This document shows positions 16,659-26,971 of a DNA stretch of 64,000 bases, piece by piece (positions within the stretch are counted from its first letter, which is position 1; the number at the start of each line of letters is the position of its first letter). Below the pieces are notes generated by a model. It made no database searches and was not told the origin of the DNA. It saw only the letters and a list, made by a program, of their open reading frames with translations. Origin of the DNA: Candidatus Hydrogenedentota bacterium (GTDB lineage Bacteria > Hydrogenedentota > Hydrogenedentia > Hydrogenedentales > JAEUWI01); contig JACPGE010000060.1 in assembly GCA_016182605.1 (NCBI GenBank), positions 9,807 to 73,806 on the forward strand. The letters run 5' to 3'. The position numbers and the translations under genes are program-made.

Positions 16659-18604
16659 TGAATTCTCCGGAAGCTCTTTTCCATCTGGTGCTGCGTCAGT
16701 TCCACGATGATGGGCCGCCCATGCGGGCAGGTGTAGGGCGGGCGAAGCTGGCGGAAGCCTTCCAGCAGGCCCTTCCGCTCTGCCGGACTCAGGCGATCGC
16801 CCGCGCGCACAGACGCCTTGCAGGCGCGCGTGGCGAGCCGCAGCACATCGGCCAGAAAGTTGCCGCGATCAAAGAGATCCCCCTGCTGCAATTCATCCAG
16901 CACGCTGTACACCAGATCGCGCACCTTGTCATCTTCGTAGAGATGGCAAATCGCCGTGATCTGAAACGAAGTGCCGCCAAAGGGCTCGATCTCTATCCCG
17001 ATCTGCGCAAAGACCTTCAAATTCGTTTCCACAAGCCGCACCTGCGAGGGCGCGACCTCAAACACGATCGGCACCGCCAATTGCTGGGATTCGTACGTGT
17101 TGTCCTCCAGTTCCTGGAGAAGATTGTCGTAGTTTAGCCGCTCATGCAGCGCATGCTGATCGATAATAAGAAGCCGATCCTCGCCGGGCACCAGCAGGTA
17201 GGTGTCGAAGACCTGCAATGGCGCTTCTTCCAGTTCGCCAATGGCTTCATACAACGCCTCGGGGATCACCTGTTCCGTCGGACGCTGTATGCCCGGCAAA
17301 ATTTCCTGCTGCACCGGGCGCGCAGGAAGCGGCGCGGGTTCCGGCCGTGTTTCCGCAAAGGGCGCGGCCACAACCGGGCGCTGTAGAGGCTGCTCCGCGC
17401 GATGAACTGGCGGCGGTGTCATCGGTACAGGCCGCATCGGGGGGCGCGGTTGCTCCGGCGTTGAGGCCTCCTGTATCTCCAGTTCTTCCAGCGTCTGCTG
17501 GATCTCGTCCTCCTCGATCTCCTCCACAATGGGATCGGGCGCGACCAGTTCGAACTGTGCCGGGATCATTTCGCGCGCAGGCGGCAACGGACGCGGCGCC
17601 ATGACGGCCAGACTGCGCCGCAGTATGTCGCGCACGGCATCGCGCGCGGCGCGTTCGTCCCGAAACCGGATCTCGCGTTTCGCGGGATGAATATTCACAT
17701 CGACAAAACGCGGATGGGTCTCAATCATCAGGATTCCCACCGGGTGGCGGCCAATCGTGACCAGCCCGCGGAACCCATCCTCAAATCCATATTGAAGCGA
17801 ACGGTTGACCACCGGACGCCGGTTCATGAAAAAAAACTGGTGGCTGCGCTGGGCCCGCGTGAGGCCCGGCTTGCCCACAATGCCGCGCACCGTAAAGCCC
17901 GCCTGCTCGCCCTCCACCTCCACCATGTCGTTGGCAAACGTGAGCCCCCAGATCAGCGCCACCCGCTCGCGAAGCGCCGCATGCTCGGGGATATCAAGCA
18001 GCACCTTGTCGTTGTGAATGAATTGAAAGCCCACGCCCAGTTGGGACAGCGCATGGCGTTGCACCGCGTCTATGCAATGGCCAAGCTCGGTCGTGATCCC
18101 CTTGAGAAACTTCGCGCGCACCGGCGTATTGAAGTAAAGCCGGTTCACCGTGATGCGTGTGCCCGTTTGCGCGCCGATCTGGCTCACATCGCGCAGGATG
18201 CCCCCGTCAATGCGAATCCGCGTGCCCGCCTCGTCCTTCGCGCGCCGCGTCACCAGTTCGAACCGCGACACCGCCGCAATACTCGCCAGCGCCTCCCCGC
18301 GAAAACCCATTGTGAGCACGCTCTCCAGATCCTCCGCGGTCCGGATCTTGCTCGTGGCGTGCCGTTCGATCGCGAGCAACGCGTTCTGCTCCGACATCCC
18401 GTGCCCATTGTCGATCACCTCCACCAGCCGCCGGCCCGCGGCAACCACCCGCACCTGGATGCGCGTCGCTTTCGCGTCGATCGCATTCTCCACCAGTTCC
18501 TTCACCACCGAAGACGGCCGCTCCACGACTTCCCCCGCCGCAATCTTGTTGGCGATGTCGTCCGGCAGAATGCGGACGGGAGCAATGTCGATGGCCGTGC
18601 TCAT
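16655..18604 (-). CDS. mutL: DNA mismatch repair protein MutL
   Basis: N-terminal GHKL ATPase: IRILPDDIANKIAAGEVVERPSSVVKELVENAIDAKAT, DNGHGM, MGFRGEALASIA. A Pro-rich linker and a C-terminal dimerisation domain. A 4-bp overlap with miaA gives the conserved mutL-miaA arrangement. Confidence 0.9.
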   Translation of the reverse strand: MSTAIDIAPVRILPDDIANKIAAGEVVERPSSVVKELVENAIDAKATRIQVRVVAAGRRLVEVIDNGHGMSEQNALLAIERHATSKIRTAEDLESVLTMGFRGEALASIAAVSRFELVTRRAKDEAGTRIRIDGGILRDVSQIGAQTGTRITVNRLYFNTPVRAKFLKGITTELGHCIDAVQRHALSQLGVGFQFIHNDKVLLDIPEHAALRERVALIWGLTFANDMVEVEGEQAGFTVRGIVGKPGLTRAQRSHQFFFMNRRPVVNRSLQYGFEDGFRGLVTIGRHPVGILMIETHPRFVDVNIHPAKREIRFRDERAARDAVRDILRRSLAVMAPRPLPPAREMIPAQFELVAPDPIVEEIEEDEIQQTLEELEIQEASTPEQPRPPMRPVPMTPPPVHRAEQPLQRPVVAAPFAETRPEPAPLPARPVQQEILPGIQRPTEQVIPEALYEAIGELEEAPLQVFDTYLLVPGEDRLLIIDQHALHERLNYDNLLQELEDNTYESQQLAVPIVFEVAPSQVRLVETNLKVFAQIGIEIEPFGGTSFQITAICHLYEDDKVRDLVYSVLDELQQGDLFDRGNFLADVLRLATRACKASVRAGDRLSPAERKGLLEGFRQLRPPYTCPHGRPIIVELTQHQMEKSFRRIQ

Positions 18605-19015
18605 GCTGGTGTCCTGGTCTCCGTGATCTCCGGTGGCCGCCCCCAGGTGTGGCGGGCGTCAGCGCGGGGAAGGCAGGCCCGGAAGGGGGCCCTTCGGCTA
18701 TTGTATTCAAGCCCGAACTAAATTACAATGAAAGGTTAATTTGGGCGCCCTTACCCTGCCCTCCGCTCCGTTCTATATCCATAAGGCATTGTGACCAAAA
18801 CACTTGCGCCCATGCCTTCGGCGCGCTGGCGCCGTCTCGTGGCCGTCGCCACCGTATTCGCCGCGCCGATCGGCGGCCCATACCACCAAACACCACGCTC
18901 CGTTCTAAAAAGACTTGCAATGGCGGGACTGACGGTGCACGGCTCAGGCGATTCGAACGCGATGCGCCAAAGGAACGGGGTGGAACCCCGAAGGATACTT
19001 GGATACAATTCGACC

Positions 19016-19525
19016 ATGGTTCCTTACGAAATACGCGAGGCAGTAGAAGACGATTTGCCCTTCATCCGCGCCATGCTCTATGAGGCAACCCATTGGCGCG
19101 AATCGGAAGCGCCACAGGAAGGGGAGCCCCCGGATGTGGACGCGGGGCTGGCGCATCCAGACTTGGCAAAGCTCCTGGAAAGCTGGCCGCGACAGGGAGA
19201 TTTCGGGGCCATCGCGGCTGCGGAAGACGGTACCCCACTCGGCGCGGCTTGGTTCCGCTATTGGACCGATGAAAATCATTCCTATGGCTACGTGGCGTCC
19301 GACGTGCCGGAACTTGCCATCGGGGTGATCAAGCCCTACCGCCACGTCGGCATTGGCCGCGCGCTCCTCCACACCCTGCAAGGCGCAGCCCTGGCACTGG
19401 AAATCCCCCGCCTCAGCCTCAGCGTGGAGAAAGACAACCCCGCGCTGCTGCTCTACCAGAGCGAAGGCTTTGCCACCGTGGGCACGCTGGGGAATGCGTA
19501 TACCATGGTGTGGCACGCCGTATAG
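19016..19525 (+). CDS. GNAT family N-acetyltransferase
   Basis: ATG at 19016 (MVPYEIREAVEDDLPFI...). GNAT core IKPYRHVGIGRALLHTLQG...LSLSVEKDNPALLLYQSEGF. Confidence 0.7.
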   Translation: MVPYEIREAVEDDLPFIRAMLYEATHWRESEAPQEGEPPDVDAGLAHPDLAKLLESWPRQGDFGAIAAAEDGTPLGAAWFRYWTDENHSYGYVASDVPELAIGVIKPYRHVGIGRALLHTLQGAALALEIPRLSLSVEKDNPALLLYQSEGFATVGTLGNAYTMVWHAV

Positions 19526-19563
19526 CGGTGAGCACCGGGCGCGCCGGGATCGCCTCAATCAAT

Positions 19564-22317
19564 TCACCGCGTCCCGCCCAGCCCAGTCCTGAAGTCGATC
19601 AAAACAGGTGCGTTCTCGCCCTCCGCAATATGCACCGGGACCGCTGCAACCAGTCTGCCCTTGCCCCAGGTGTCGACGTAAACACTCTCTTCCGCATAGA
19701 TCAGATAGTCGCCCGCAGGCCATGCAAACCGCTCCGGCCCTGCCTGGCTGTCCGCCTGCGCAGGGTAATACGGCGCCATGCGCCACGCATGATGCGGGGG
19801 CCAGAGGAGGTCTTGATCGAGGTCCAGGCCGGCCCTAAATGCGCGCATGTCCAGCGCCGTCGCTGCTGGCTGCGCCCAAGGTATCATCGAATAGGAAACG
19901 CGGCCAGGATCGGGGAGGCCATCCGGCCACGCCACCGCACACTCGACCGTGCCCTGCCCGGGCGCCGGCCATACAACGGTTATCGCTTCGCTTCCTTTGA
20001 GCGTAATCGACTGCATATGGGAACTTTCCCAGTCCTGCAGCAACAGTTGATAGGTCCCGGGCAACAGATTCTGAAAGTAGAAGTCTTCGAGTTCGTGCGT
20101 GCCGTCCTCCTGCTCCTCCGCAAGAATGCGGACCGTGTAATGCTCCGAAAAATCCCCCTCCATACGGCATAGTTCCGCACGGATATACTCCGCCGCGCCC
20201 ACATCGAAACGCTTCCCGCCGGTCACGATGCCAGATCCCTGATCAAACTGAAACGGCGCCTCCACATGACCTAAAGGGGGAAGCTCAACCCAGCGTTGCT
20301 GGTAGTGAAAATTCTCGCTCACGCGCACGAGCACCCGGCCGGGCGGCACATTCTGGAACGTAACCGCCCCGTCCTGCAATCCAAGCTCATACGGCTGGAT
20401 AAGCCCGGGGCCATAGAGGTTCACCTTGGCCGCAACGGGTCCAAATTCGTTCCGTGCACTGACGGATAGCGTGGCCGTGTCCCCAAGGACTACCCGAAGT
20501 TCGCGGTCGCGATACTCGCCCGGCGTGAACCGTACAGGAAGTATGGGATACTCCGGATGGGCCGCATAAAACGTGCGCTCGAAATCCGGGTGCAGGCCCT
20601 CCAGGGTTACCCGGCCGTATTGGTTCGTGCGTGTTTGAAGCGCCTGCGCCGTGCTCGATGGACCGCGCGGCTCGCGCTTTGCGTGGCTGGTGGCGCTGCC
20701 CATATCCGGGGTGAACATCGCCCCTTCTATGGCGTTGCCCGCAGCATCCGCAATCTGTACCGTGAGATCCACACCGCGCTGCAACGTGAGATCCAGCGTG
20801 TTCAAGGTCTTTCCAAGATCCGGCGTCACTGTGATCACCCGCGATAGGTAGGGGCGCGCGGACATAGTGATCGTGACCGCGCCCTCGCTGCGCCAGGGGA
20901 GCGCGTAAAAGCCCTCCGGACTGGAAAGATACCGCTCCCGCGGCACCAGGGGAAATCCAACCCCATCGTTGCTCCGCCACGAACTGGAGAACTCGGTAAT
21001 CGGCGCGCCCGTATCGGCATCGGTCACGTGGCCCGCCACGATCACGTATCCAGCACCCGTTGTTGGCCGGGCAAGGGTGGGTTCCGTCCAGGGCGTGGGC
21101 CGCAGCGTGGCCACGGGCGCGGCCTGATCGGGCAGTATCCATTGGGCATGACTTGCCGAATAATCCTCCTCTCTGGAACCGCGTGGCCGCCCGCGCTCCA
21201 CGGAGTCCGTGTGATGGCTGCAATACACCTCATAGAGCCCCCAGGGAAGACCACTGAACGTGACCACGCCGTCCGCTCCCGTGGGCGCAGGCGGATGGCT
21301 GGCGTGTACCCGCCCCACGGCCTCCAGCCCGGGCGCCTGGCCCTGCTCATCCACCAGCCAGTAAAGGTGGATGTACACGTCTGGAATGGGCGTGGGACCC
21401 TGAATATGGGCCAGGTGCACCGTCAGTCGGCCTTGCCACGCCGGGTCGGGTTCCGCCGCTTCCACACTTATAAACTCCATTCCGGGAGACGCACTTACCG
21501 CAGGCACTGGTGACGCGCCCTGCCAATTCGCATACCGGGAGTCTCCCGCTTCCACAGATGCGTCGTGCGCGGGCCGTTCCAGCGCTGCTTGCTGGATCCA
21601 CCACACGATCCCCGCCACCACGGCCAGGATCGGAATGGCGCCCAGGATGGTGGACTTGGCCGTCAGAATGGCCGCGATTCCCGTGGCGGCTGCCGCGTCC
21701 CTTCCATGCAGCAGGGGTAACGCAGCCACCGCCGCCAGAATCTGCTGTTTGCGTGCGCCCGTGCTCCGGAGGAGCGCCTGTTCATCCGGGTTCAGATCGG
21801 TGAGGATGTGTCCAGCGAGATCCTTGCGCGCGCGCTCAAGCCGTTTCGCCGCGGCATCGCGCGAGATGTTCAACATCGCCGCCATGTCGTTGAGTGAATA
21901 CCCCGCCAGATAGTGCAGCGACAGCACCTCGCGATGGGGCTCGGGAAGCCGTTGCAGCGCCGCGCCCAACAGGTGGATGCGTTCTCGGCGCTCGGGCTCG
22001 GGCCAGAGAACGGCGGCGTTTTCCCGGGGCTCGCCCACATTCTGCGGCCCCCGGTGTGTGCGGAGTGCGTCGTTTCGCGCAATGCGCAAAAGCCACGCCG
22101 CAAAAAGCTTCGGCTCCCGCAGTGTATCCAGCTTCTGCCAGGCAGTGACAAAGGTCTCCTGAACCACGTCATCGGCACGGTCCAGGCCCGCGCCCGCCGA
22201 GAGCGCCATCGCGCGCACCGCCGGGATATAGCGCTCCACGAGGCGCGCAAACGCCGTCGTGTCGCCACCTTGTGTCGCGCGTACAAGGGCCGCGTCGGAA
22301 TGTGTCCACCAGCGCAT
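19564..22317 (-). CDS. ECF (sigma-70 family) sigma factor fused to a single-pass TM segment and a large extracytoplasmic domain (sigma/anti-sigma-like fusion)
   Basis: Residues 1-180 carry sigma region 2 (FARLVERYIPAVRAMAL...VQETFVTAWQKLDTL) and region 4 (EVLSLHYLAGYSLNDMAAMLNISRDAAAKRLERAR). Then a TM helix ILGAIPILAVVAGIVWWI and a ~650-aa presumably periplasmic beta-rich domain. Confidence 0.65.
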   Translation of the reverse strand: MRWWTHSDAALVRATQGGDTTAFARLVERYIPAVRAMALSAGAGLDRADDVVQETFVTAWQKLDTLREPKLFAAWLLRIARNDALRTHRGPQNVGEPRENAAVLWPEPERRERIHLLGAALQRLPEPHREVLSLHYLAGYSLNDMAAMLNISRDAAAKRLERARKDLAGHILTDLNPDEQALLRSTGARKQQILAAVAALPLLHGRDAAAATGIAAILTAKSTILGAIPILAVVAGIVWWIQQAALERPAHDASVEAGDSRYANWQGASPVPAVSASPGMEFISVEAAEPDPAWQGRLTVHLAHIQGPTPIPDVYIHLYWLVDEQGQAPGLEAVGRVHASHPPAPTGADGVVTFSGLPWGLYEVYCSHHTDSVERGRPRGSREEDYSASHAQWILPDQAAPVATLRPTPWTEPTLARPTTGAGYVIVAGHVTDADTGAPITEFSSSWRSNDGVGFPLVPRERYLSSPEGFYALPWRSEGAVTITMSARPYLSRVITVTPDLGKTLNTLDLTLQRGVDLTVQIADAAGNAIEGAMFTPDMGSATSHAKREPRGPSSTAQALQTRTNQYGRVTLEGLHPDFERTFYAAHPEYPILPVRFTPGEYRDRELRVVLGDTATLSVSARNEFGPVAAKVNLYGPGLIQPYELGLQDGAVTFQNVPPGRVLVRVSENFHYQQRWVELPPLGHVEAPFQFDQGSGIVTGGKRFDVGAAEYIRAELCRMEGDFSEHYTVRILAEEQEDGTHELEDFYFQNLLPGTYQLLLQDWESSHMQSITLKGSEAITVVWPAPGQGTVECAVAWPDGLPDPGRVSYSMIPWAQPAATALDMRAFRAGLDLDQDLLWPPHHAWRMAPYYPAQADSQAGPERFAWPAGDYLIYAEESVYVDTWGKGRLVAAVPVHIAEGENAPVLIDFRTGLGGTR

Positions 22318-22549
22318 TCGGGTTCGTCTCCTTTACGGGTTATACCTATACGAGCCATCACAATGCGATTTGTTGACATCGAAGAGCAGGCGCCGGGCTG
22401 CGGAGCCGGATCGATTGGAGCCGTCGAGAGTGGAGCGGCAGGCAAAAATGTGTTACAACACAGGCCCATGTGCGCCCCAGGGGGGCTGCCGCCCCCAGGG
22501 CAATTGTCTTTCACACACCGTCAGCGGAAGGCGGAGGGAGAAGTTATCC

Positions 22550-23335
22550 ATGGCCGAACTGGCATTTATTCAGGCGTTTCTCGAAGACAATCTCGCCTAC
22601 GCAAGGGACAAGTTCCGTTCGCGCACGGAACTGACCGTGACCTCGAAACGGGACGCGAACGATCTCCTCACCGAAGTCGATCTGACGCTCCAGAAGCGCG
22701 CCATCGAAGCGATTGAAAAGCGATTCCCGGGAGATCGCATCGTCTCCGAAGAAGGCGACTACGCGGTGCTGCCCAAGTCCCCCTACGGGCGCTGCTGGGT
22801 TATGGATCCCATCGACGGCACCAACAACTTCGTGCGCGGACTCTTTCCCATCTTCGCCGTTTCCCTCGCCTTCTCCGTCGAGGGCCGCGCGGCGTCGGTG
22901 GGCGTGCTGCTGCCGGGAACGGGCGACCTCTTCCTGGCCAAGCGCGGAAAGGGCGCCTTCCTCAACGGAAAGCGCCTCCACGTCTCCACGGTGAACGGTC
23001 TTGGTGAGGCCAGGGTCGATTTCGATTTTAGCCTCATTGCCGAGCGTGAAGAAATGCTTACCCGCGCGCGTGAAGTGTTCCTGCGTGCAGGCCAGGTGCG
23101 CTGTTATGGTTCTGCTGTCGCTTCGATCTGCCAGATTGCCACGGGCGACACCGACGGCTACCTGCACATGAGCCTCAGCCCCTGGGACTACGCCGCATCG
23201 CAATTGATCGTGGAAGAGGCCGGGGGCGCCGCGAGCCGGCTCGACGGCTCGACACTGCAACTCTTCGATGGGCGCAAAGGGGTCCTGATCACAAACGGCG
23301 CCGTGCACCAGGAAGTCCTCGGGCTGTTGCGGTGA
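22550..23335 (+). CDS. Inositol monophosphatase family protein (SuhB/IMPase-like)
   Basis: RBS GGAGGGAG before the ATG at 22550. Metal-binding motifs EEG (VSEEGDY) and WVMDPIDGTNNFV. A C-terminal WDYAA motif (SPWDYAASQLIVEEAGG). Confidence 0.8.
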   Translation: MAELAFIQAFLEDNLAYARDKFRSRTELTVTSKRDANDLLTEVDLTLQKRAIEAIEKRFPGDRIVSEEGDYAVLPKSPYGRCWVMDPIDGTNNFVRGLFPIFAVSLAFSVEGRAASVGVLLPGTGDLFLAKRGKGAFLNGKRLHVSTVNGLGEARVDFDFSLIAEREEMLTRAREVFLRAGQVRCYGSAVASICQIATGDTDGYLHMSLSPWDYAASQLIVEEAGGAASRLDGSTLQLFDGRKGVLITNGAVHQEVLGLLR

Positions 23336-23453
23336 TCGCAGCCGGGCGGCGAATAGCTCGCCCGATCAACGGACAGAATATCTGTCGGATCAGTCGGATC
23401 CGGCCGATCCGTCCAATCGAAGTTGCGGCAGATGACAACCCGTTCCCGTGTGA

Positions 23454-24008
23454 TCACACCGCCCCTTTCTCCGTGATCACCGCTTCCACCGCAATATCAT
23501 GCGCCTCGACCGCCAGATCCCGTGCCAGGCATGCCTCGAAACACAGCCCAATCGTGTGCCCGGAAAAGCCTGCAAGAAAGCGGTCGTAATAACCGCCACC
23601 ATGGCCGAGCCGGTGGCCCCCTGGCGAATAGGCTATCGCAGGAACAATACACACCGCACCCCGCGCAGGGACAAGCGGACGAAAGCACTCAGGGCGCGCT
23701 TCCAGGATGCCCAAGCGATTGGGACCAAGTTCATCCCACGTCTGAAAAGCATGCCACTCCAGCGTGCCGCCCGCACGGGCCATGGGCACACCCACCTTCA
23801 CCCCCCGGGCAGTCAGGGCATCTATAATGCCACGCGTCGGCGCCTCGTTCTCCTTGGCGTCCACGTAGCAGAAGCACTGGGCAGCCGCAGCCACCCACGG
23901 GTGGGCCAGCACATGGACACAAATGGCCTCGCCCCACGCATGCACCTGCTCCGGAGCCAGCGCAGCTCGTAGAGCCCGGTATCGTGTCCGCATTTCTTGC
24001 TTCGTCAC
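23454..24008 (-). CDS. 5-formyltetrahydrofolate cyclo-ligase
   Basis: MTKQEMRTRYRALRAAL... and GGGYYDRFL motifs are typical of the MTHFS family. 184 aa. Confidence 0.7.
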   Translation of the reverse strand: MTKQEMRTRYRALRAALAPEQVHAWGEAICVHVLAHPWVAAAAQCFCYVDAKENEAPTRGIIDALTARGVKVGVPMARAGGTLEWHAFQTWDELGPNRLGILEARPECFRPLVPARGAVCIVPAIAYSPGGHRLGHGGGYYDRFLAGFSGHTIGLCFEACLARDLAVEAHDIAVEAVITEKGAV

Positions 24009-24305
24009 GTTTCCTCCGCTCCTTCCGCAGCCATTCTATCAGCATCGGCCCAGGGTGCAGAAAGTTCCACACGAGGGAAAGTTTTGCAGGCAGCCCCGAT
24101 ACACGCACCCCGTTGACCCGTCGAAATGCCCCTGAAATCCCGCTTTCGCCCGTCACACCGACTTGGCACAGACCTTGCACTAAACTCCGGTGGCGGATTT
24201 GGTTCCCATTCCGAATCCGCCTTCGTGAGTGGTTGGCCCAGCGTGCCGGAATGCTACGTCCCATGGCGTTCCGGGTCCGTCGCGGGAATAAGCGCGGGCC
24301 TTCCT

Positions 24306-24332
24306 CTAAAGGTACCGGGTCTTGGGCCCGAA
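24306..24332 (+). promoter_or_regulatory. Possible sigma-28 (FliA)-type promoter upstream of flgF
   Basis: TAAAG-N15-GCCCGAAA, compared with the consensus TAAAGTTT-N11-GCCGATAA. The spacing is correct and 5/8 of the -10 element matches. About 30 nt upstream of the flgF ATG. Confidence 0.25.
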
Positions 24333-24363
24333 ACATATACATTACCGGGACGAGGAACGCGGC

Positions 24364-25122
24364 ATGATCAAAGGGCTTTATTCGGCAGCATCCGGGATGC
24401 TCGCGATTGAAGCCCGCCAGGACGTGGTGGCCAACAACATCGCCAACGCCGCCACCCCCGGCTACAAGCGCCAGGAACTCGTCCAACTGGGATTCTACGA
24501 CATCTTCAGCGATAAGATGCGCAACGCCCAGTACTTCAACATGCAGCCCGCACCGGCCGGCGGCGTAAAGCAGGTGGAAACCTTCCCCGACGTGGCGCAG
24601 GGCATGCTTCAAGACACCGGCCAGCCCCTGCAACTCGGGCTCATGGGCCCGGGCTTTTTCGTCGTCGACACGCCCGCGGGCGAACGTTACACGCGCAGCG
24701 GCGACTTCTCCATTGACGTGGAAGGCCATCTCGCCACCCTGGACGGCTTCAAGATCCAGTCCACCTCGGGCCAGCCCATCGATGTGCGCGGCGGTACCCC
24801 AGTGATCGGCAACAACGGCAACGTGCTGGTCAACGGCATCCTCGCCGGCGAAATTCGCACGGTGGAATTCGCGGAACCGGCCCGGCTCACGCGTGAGGGC
24901 AGCAACCTCTATTCGGCCTCTGAAGCCGTGCTCGAACAGCGCGCCGAAGCGGCGGACACCACCATCCAGCAGGGACAGATAGAACGATCCAACGTGAACG
25001 TGACGCAGGAGATGACCAAGATGATGTTGGGGCTCCGCGCGTACGAAGCGAACCAGCGGGTTATCCAGGCCGTCGATACCACCATCGGGCGCCTGATCGA
25101 CCAGGTCGCCGTGTCGCAATAG
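24364..25122 (+). CDS. flgF: Flagellar basal-body rod protein FlgF
   Basis: MIKGLYSAASGMLAIEARQDVVANNIANAATPGYKR N-terminal rod-protein motif. C-terminal GLRAYEANQRVIQAVDTTIGRLIDQV. 252 aa. Confidence 0.85.
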   Translation: MIKGLYSAASGMLAIEARQDVVANNIANAATPGYKRQELVQLGFYDIFSDKMRNAQYFNMQPAPAGGVKQVETFPDVAQGMLQDTGQPLQLGLMGPGFFVVDTPAGERYTRSGDFSIDVEGHLATLDGFKIQSTSGQPIDVRGGTPVIGNNGNVLVNGILAGEIRTVEFAEPARLTREGSNLYSASEAVLEQRAEAADTTIQQGQIERSNVNVTQEMTKMMLGLRAYEANQRVIQAVDTTIGRLIDQVAVSQ

Positions 25123-25144
25123 CGCAACGCAATAGGGAGGCCCC

Positions 25145-25936
25145 ATGATACGGTCATTGTTTACTGCCGCGACCGGGATGATAGGCCAGCAGCTCAACAT
25201 CGATACGATCGCCAACAACTTGGCGAACGTGAACACCACCGGCTTCAAAAAAAGCCGCGTAAACTTTCAAGACTTGATGTACGAAACCATCAAGCCCGCC
25301 GGGGCGCAAACTACCGCCGGAACAACCATTCCCGAAGGCATTCAGGTAGGGCATGGTACACGGCCTTCCGCCATCGCCAAGGTCTTCAGCCAGGGTTCCG
25401 CCATTCAGACCGGGAACCCGCTCGACATCTATGTCGAGGGCGATGGCTTCTTCCAGGTGACCCTCCCCGATGGCACCGTCGCCTACACGCGCGACGGCGC
25501 CTTCAAGCAGAACGCCGAGGGCCAGGTTCTCACCGCCGACGGCTATCTGCTGGAACCGGCCATTACCATTCCCACCGATGCCGAACTGATCACCATCGGC
25601 TCTGACGGCACCATCTCGGTGCGCGTCCCCGGTGATAACACCCCACAGAACCTGGGCGAGATCCAGTTGGTGCGCTTCTCCAACCCCGCCGGTCTGGACG
25701 CGAGCCTGGGCCGCAACCTCCTGCTGGAAAATGAGGCCAGCGGCGCCGCCGTCACAGGCACGCCTGGCGTGGACGGTCTCGGCACCATTGCCCAAGGCTT
25801 CCTCGAAAATTCCAACGTGCAGGTGGTGGAGGAAATCCTCCAGATGATCATCGCACAGCGCGCCTACGAGGCGAACTCCAAAGTAATTCAAACCTCCGAC
25901 GAAATGCTGCAAACGGCCAACAACGTCCGGCGGTAA
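25145..25936 (+). CDS. flgG: Flagellar basal-body rod protein FlgG
   Basis: [46 protein letters not shown]...[27 protein letters not shown]. 263 aa, canonical for FlgG. Confidence 0.9.
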   Translation: MIRSLFTAATGMIGQQLNIDTIANNLANVNTTGFKKSRVNFQDLMYETIKPAGAQTTAGTTIPEGIQVGHGTRPSAIAKVFSQGSAIQTGNPLDIYVEGDGFFQVTLPDGTVAYTRDGAFKQNAEGQVLTADGYLLEPAITIPTDAELITIGSDGTISVRVPGDNTPQNLGEIQLVRFSNPAGLDASLGRNLLLENEASGAAVTGTPGVDGLGTIAQGFLENSNVQVVEEILQMIIAQRAYEANSKVIQTSDEMLQTANNVRR

Positions 25937-25957
25937 TCGTCAGACAGGATACCGATC

Positions 25958-26971
25958 ATGACTAGCGCAAGAGAGTCAGGGCTAACTCAAGGGCTGAGTA
26001 AAGCGGGTGGGGCGGCGCATTGGGGCGCCGCCTCCCGCGCTTTCGCCATGCTGCTCCTGGGGCTGCTCGCAATGCCCCTGGGTGCCGAAGATCGCGTCGT
26101 ATTGAAGGAAGTGGTCGCCGTGAAGGGCCCCCTGCTGCGTCTGGGAGATCTCGCCACCATCGAAAGTCCAGACGCGCTCGCTCTCGCGGAAGTGGAAGTC
26201 GGCGCTGCGGCCGTGCCCGGCAGCTACAAAAACGTCAACCTCAGTTTGGTCGAAGCCAGTCTGCGCAACGCCGGCATCGAAGGCCGCGAGTTCAAATTCG
26301 AAGGCGCCGCCCAGGTGCGCGCCGAAACACTCAGCCTGGAACTCTCCCGCGAAATGATCACCGCGTCGCTCCGCAGTTTCATCGAACAGGAAATGCCCTG
26401 GGACGCGAGCGAAGCGGAAGTGGAAATCCCCATGGTCCTGCAAAACGTCGTCGTGCCCGACGGTGTGCACGACATCCGCTGGAAGGCCAATCCCCAGTAT
26501 GAATACCTCGGCACAGGCTCCTTCCAGGGGGTGATCGTCGTCGACGGCGTCGAACAGAAACACCTCATGGCGCGCGCAACCATCGAAGCCTACGGCAATG
26601 TGCTCGTTGCCGCTACCGACATTCCCCGGGGACGCCCCATCAGCGCTGGAGATCTGGAGATGAAGAAGCACCCCCTCAGCAACGCGCCCGCAAACGCCTT
26701 CACGGACATGAAAGACGCCATTGGGCTCGTCGCGAAGAAAACCATCTTTCCCGGACAGGTGCTCACCGAACGCAACGTGGAAGCCCGTCTCGTCGTCAAG
26801 CGCAATCAGATCGTTCCCGTCGAGATGCGCGTGGGTGGCGTAAACATTCAAACCAGCGCGAAGGCCCTCATGGATGGCCGCGCCAACGACGTCATTGTCT
26901 GCGCCAATCCCTCCTCGAAAGAGGAATTCCAGGGGCTGGTTCGTGATGACGGCACAGTGGTGGTTCAATGA
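25958..26971 (+). CDS. flgA: Flagellar basal-body P-ring formation protein FlgA
   Basis: Signal peptide MLLLGLLAMPLGA. SAF-like C-terminal domain (VVAATDIPRGRPISAGDLEMK...IFPGQVLTERNVEARLVVKRNQIVPVEMRVGGVNIQTSAKALMDG). The start is uncertain (25958 or 26048). Confidence 0.7.
   Translation: MTSARESGLTQGLSKAGGAAHWGAASRAFAMLLLGLLAMPLGAEDRVVLKEVVAVKGPLLRLGDLATIESPDALALAEVEVGAAAVPGSYKNVNLSLVEASLRNAGIEGREFKFEGAAQVRAETLSLELSREMITASLRSFIEQEMPWDASEAEVEIPMVLQNVVVPDGVHDIRWKANPQYEYLGTGSFQGVIVVDGVEQKHLMARATIEAYGNVLVAATDIPRGRPISAGDLEMKKHPLSNAPANAFTDMKDAIGLVAKKTIFPGQVLTERNVEARLVVKRNQIVPVEMRVGGVNIQTSAKALMDGRANDVIVCANPSSKEEFQGLVRDDGTVVVQ

Noticed and set aside
23731-25248. 505-aa minus-strand ORF
   Set aside because: Antisense to flgF and to the 5-formyl-THF cyclo-ligase gene. 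Low-complexity.
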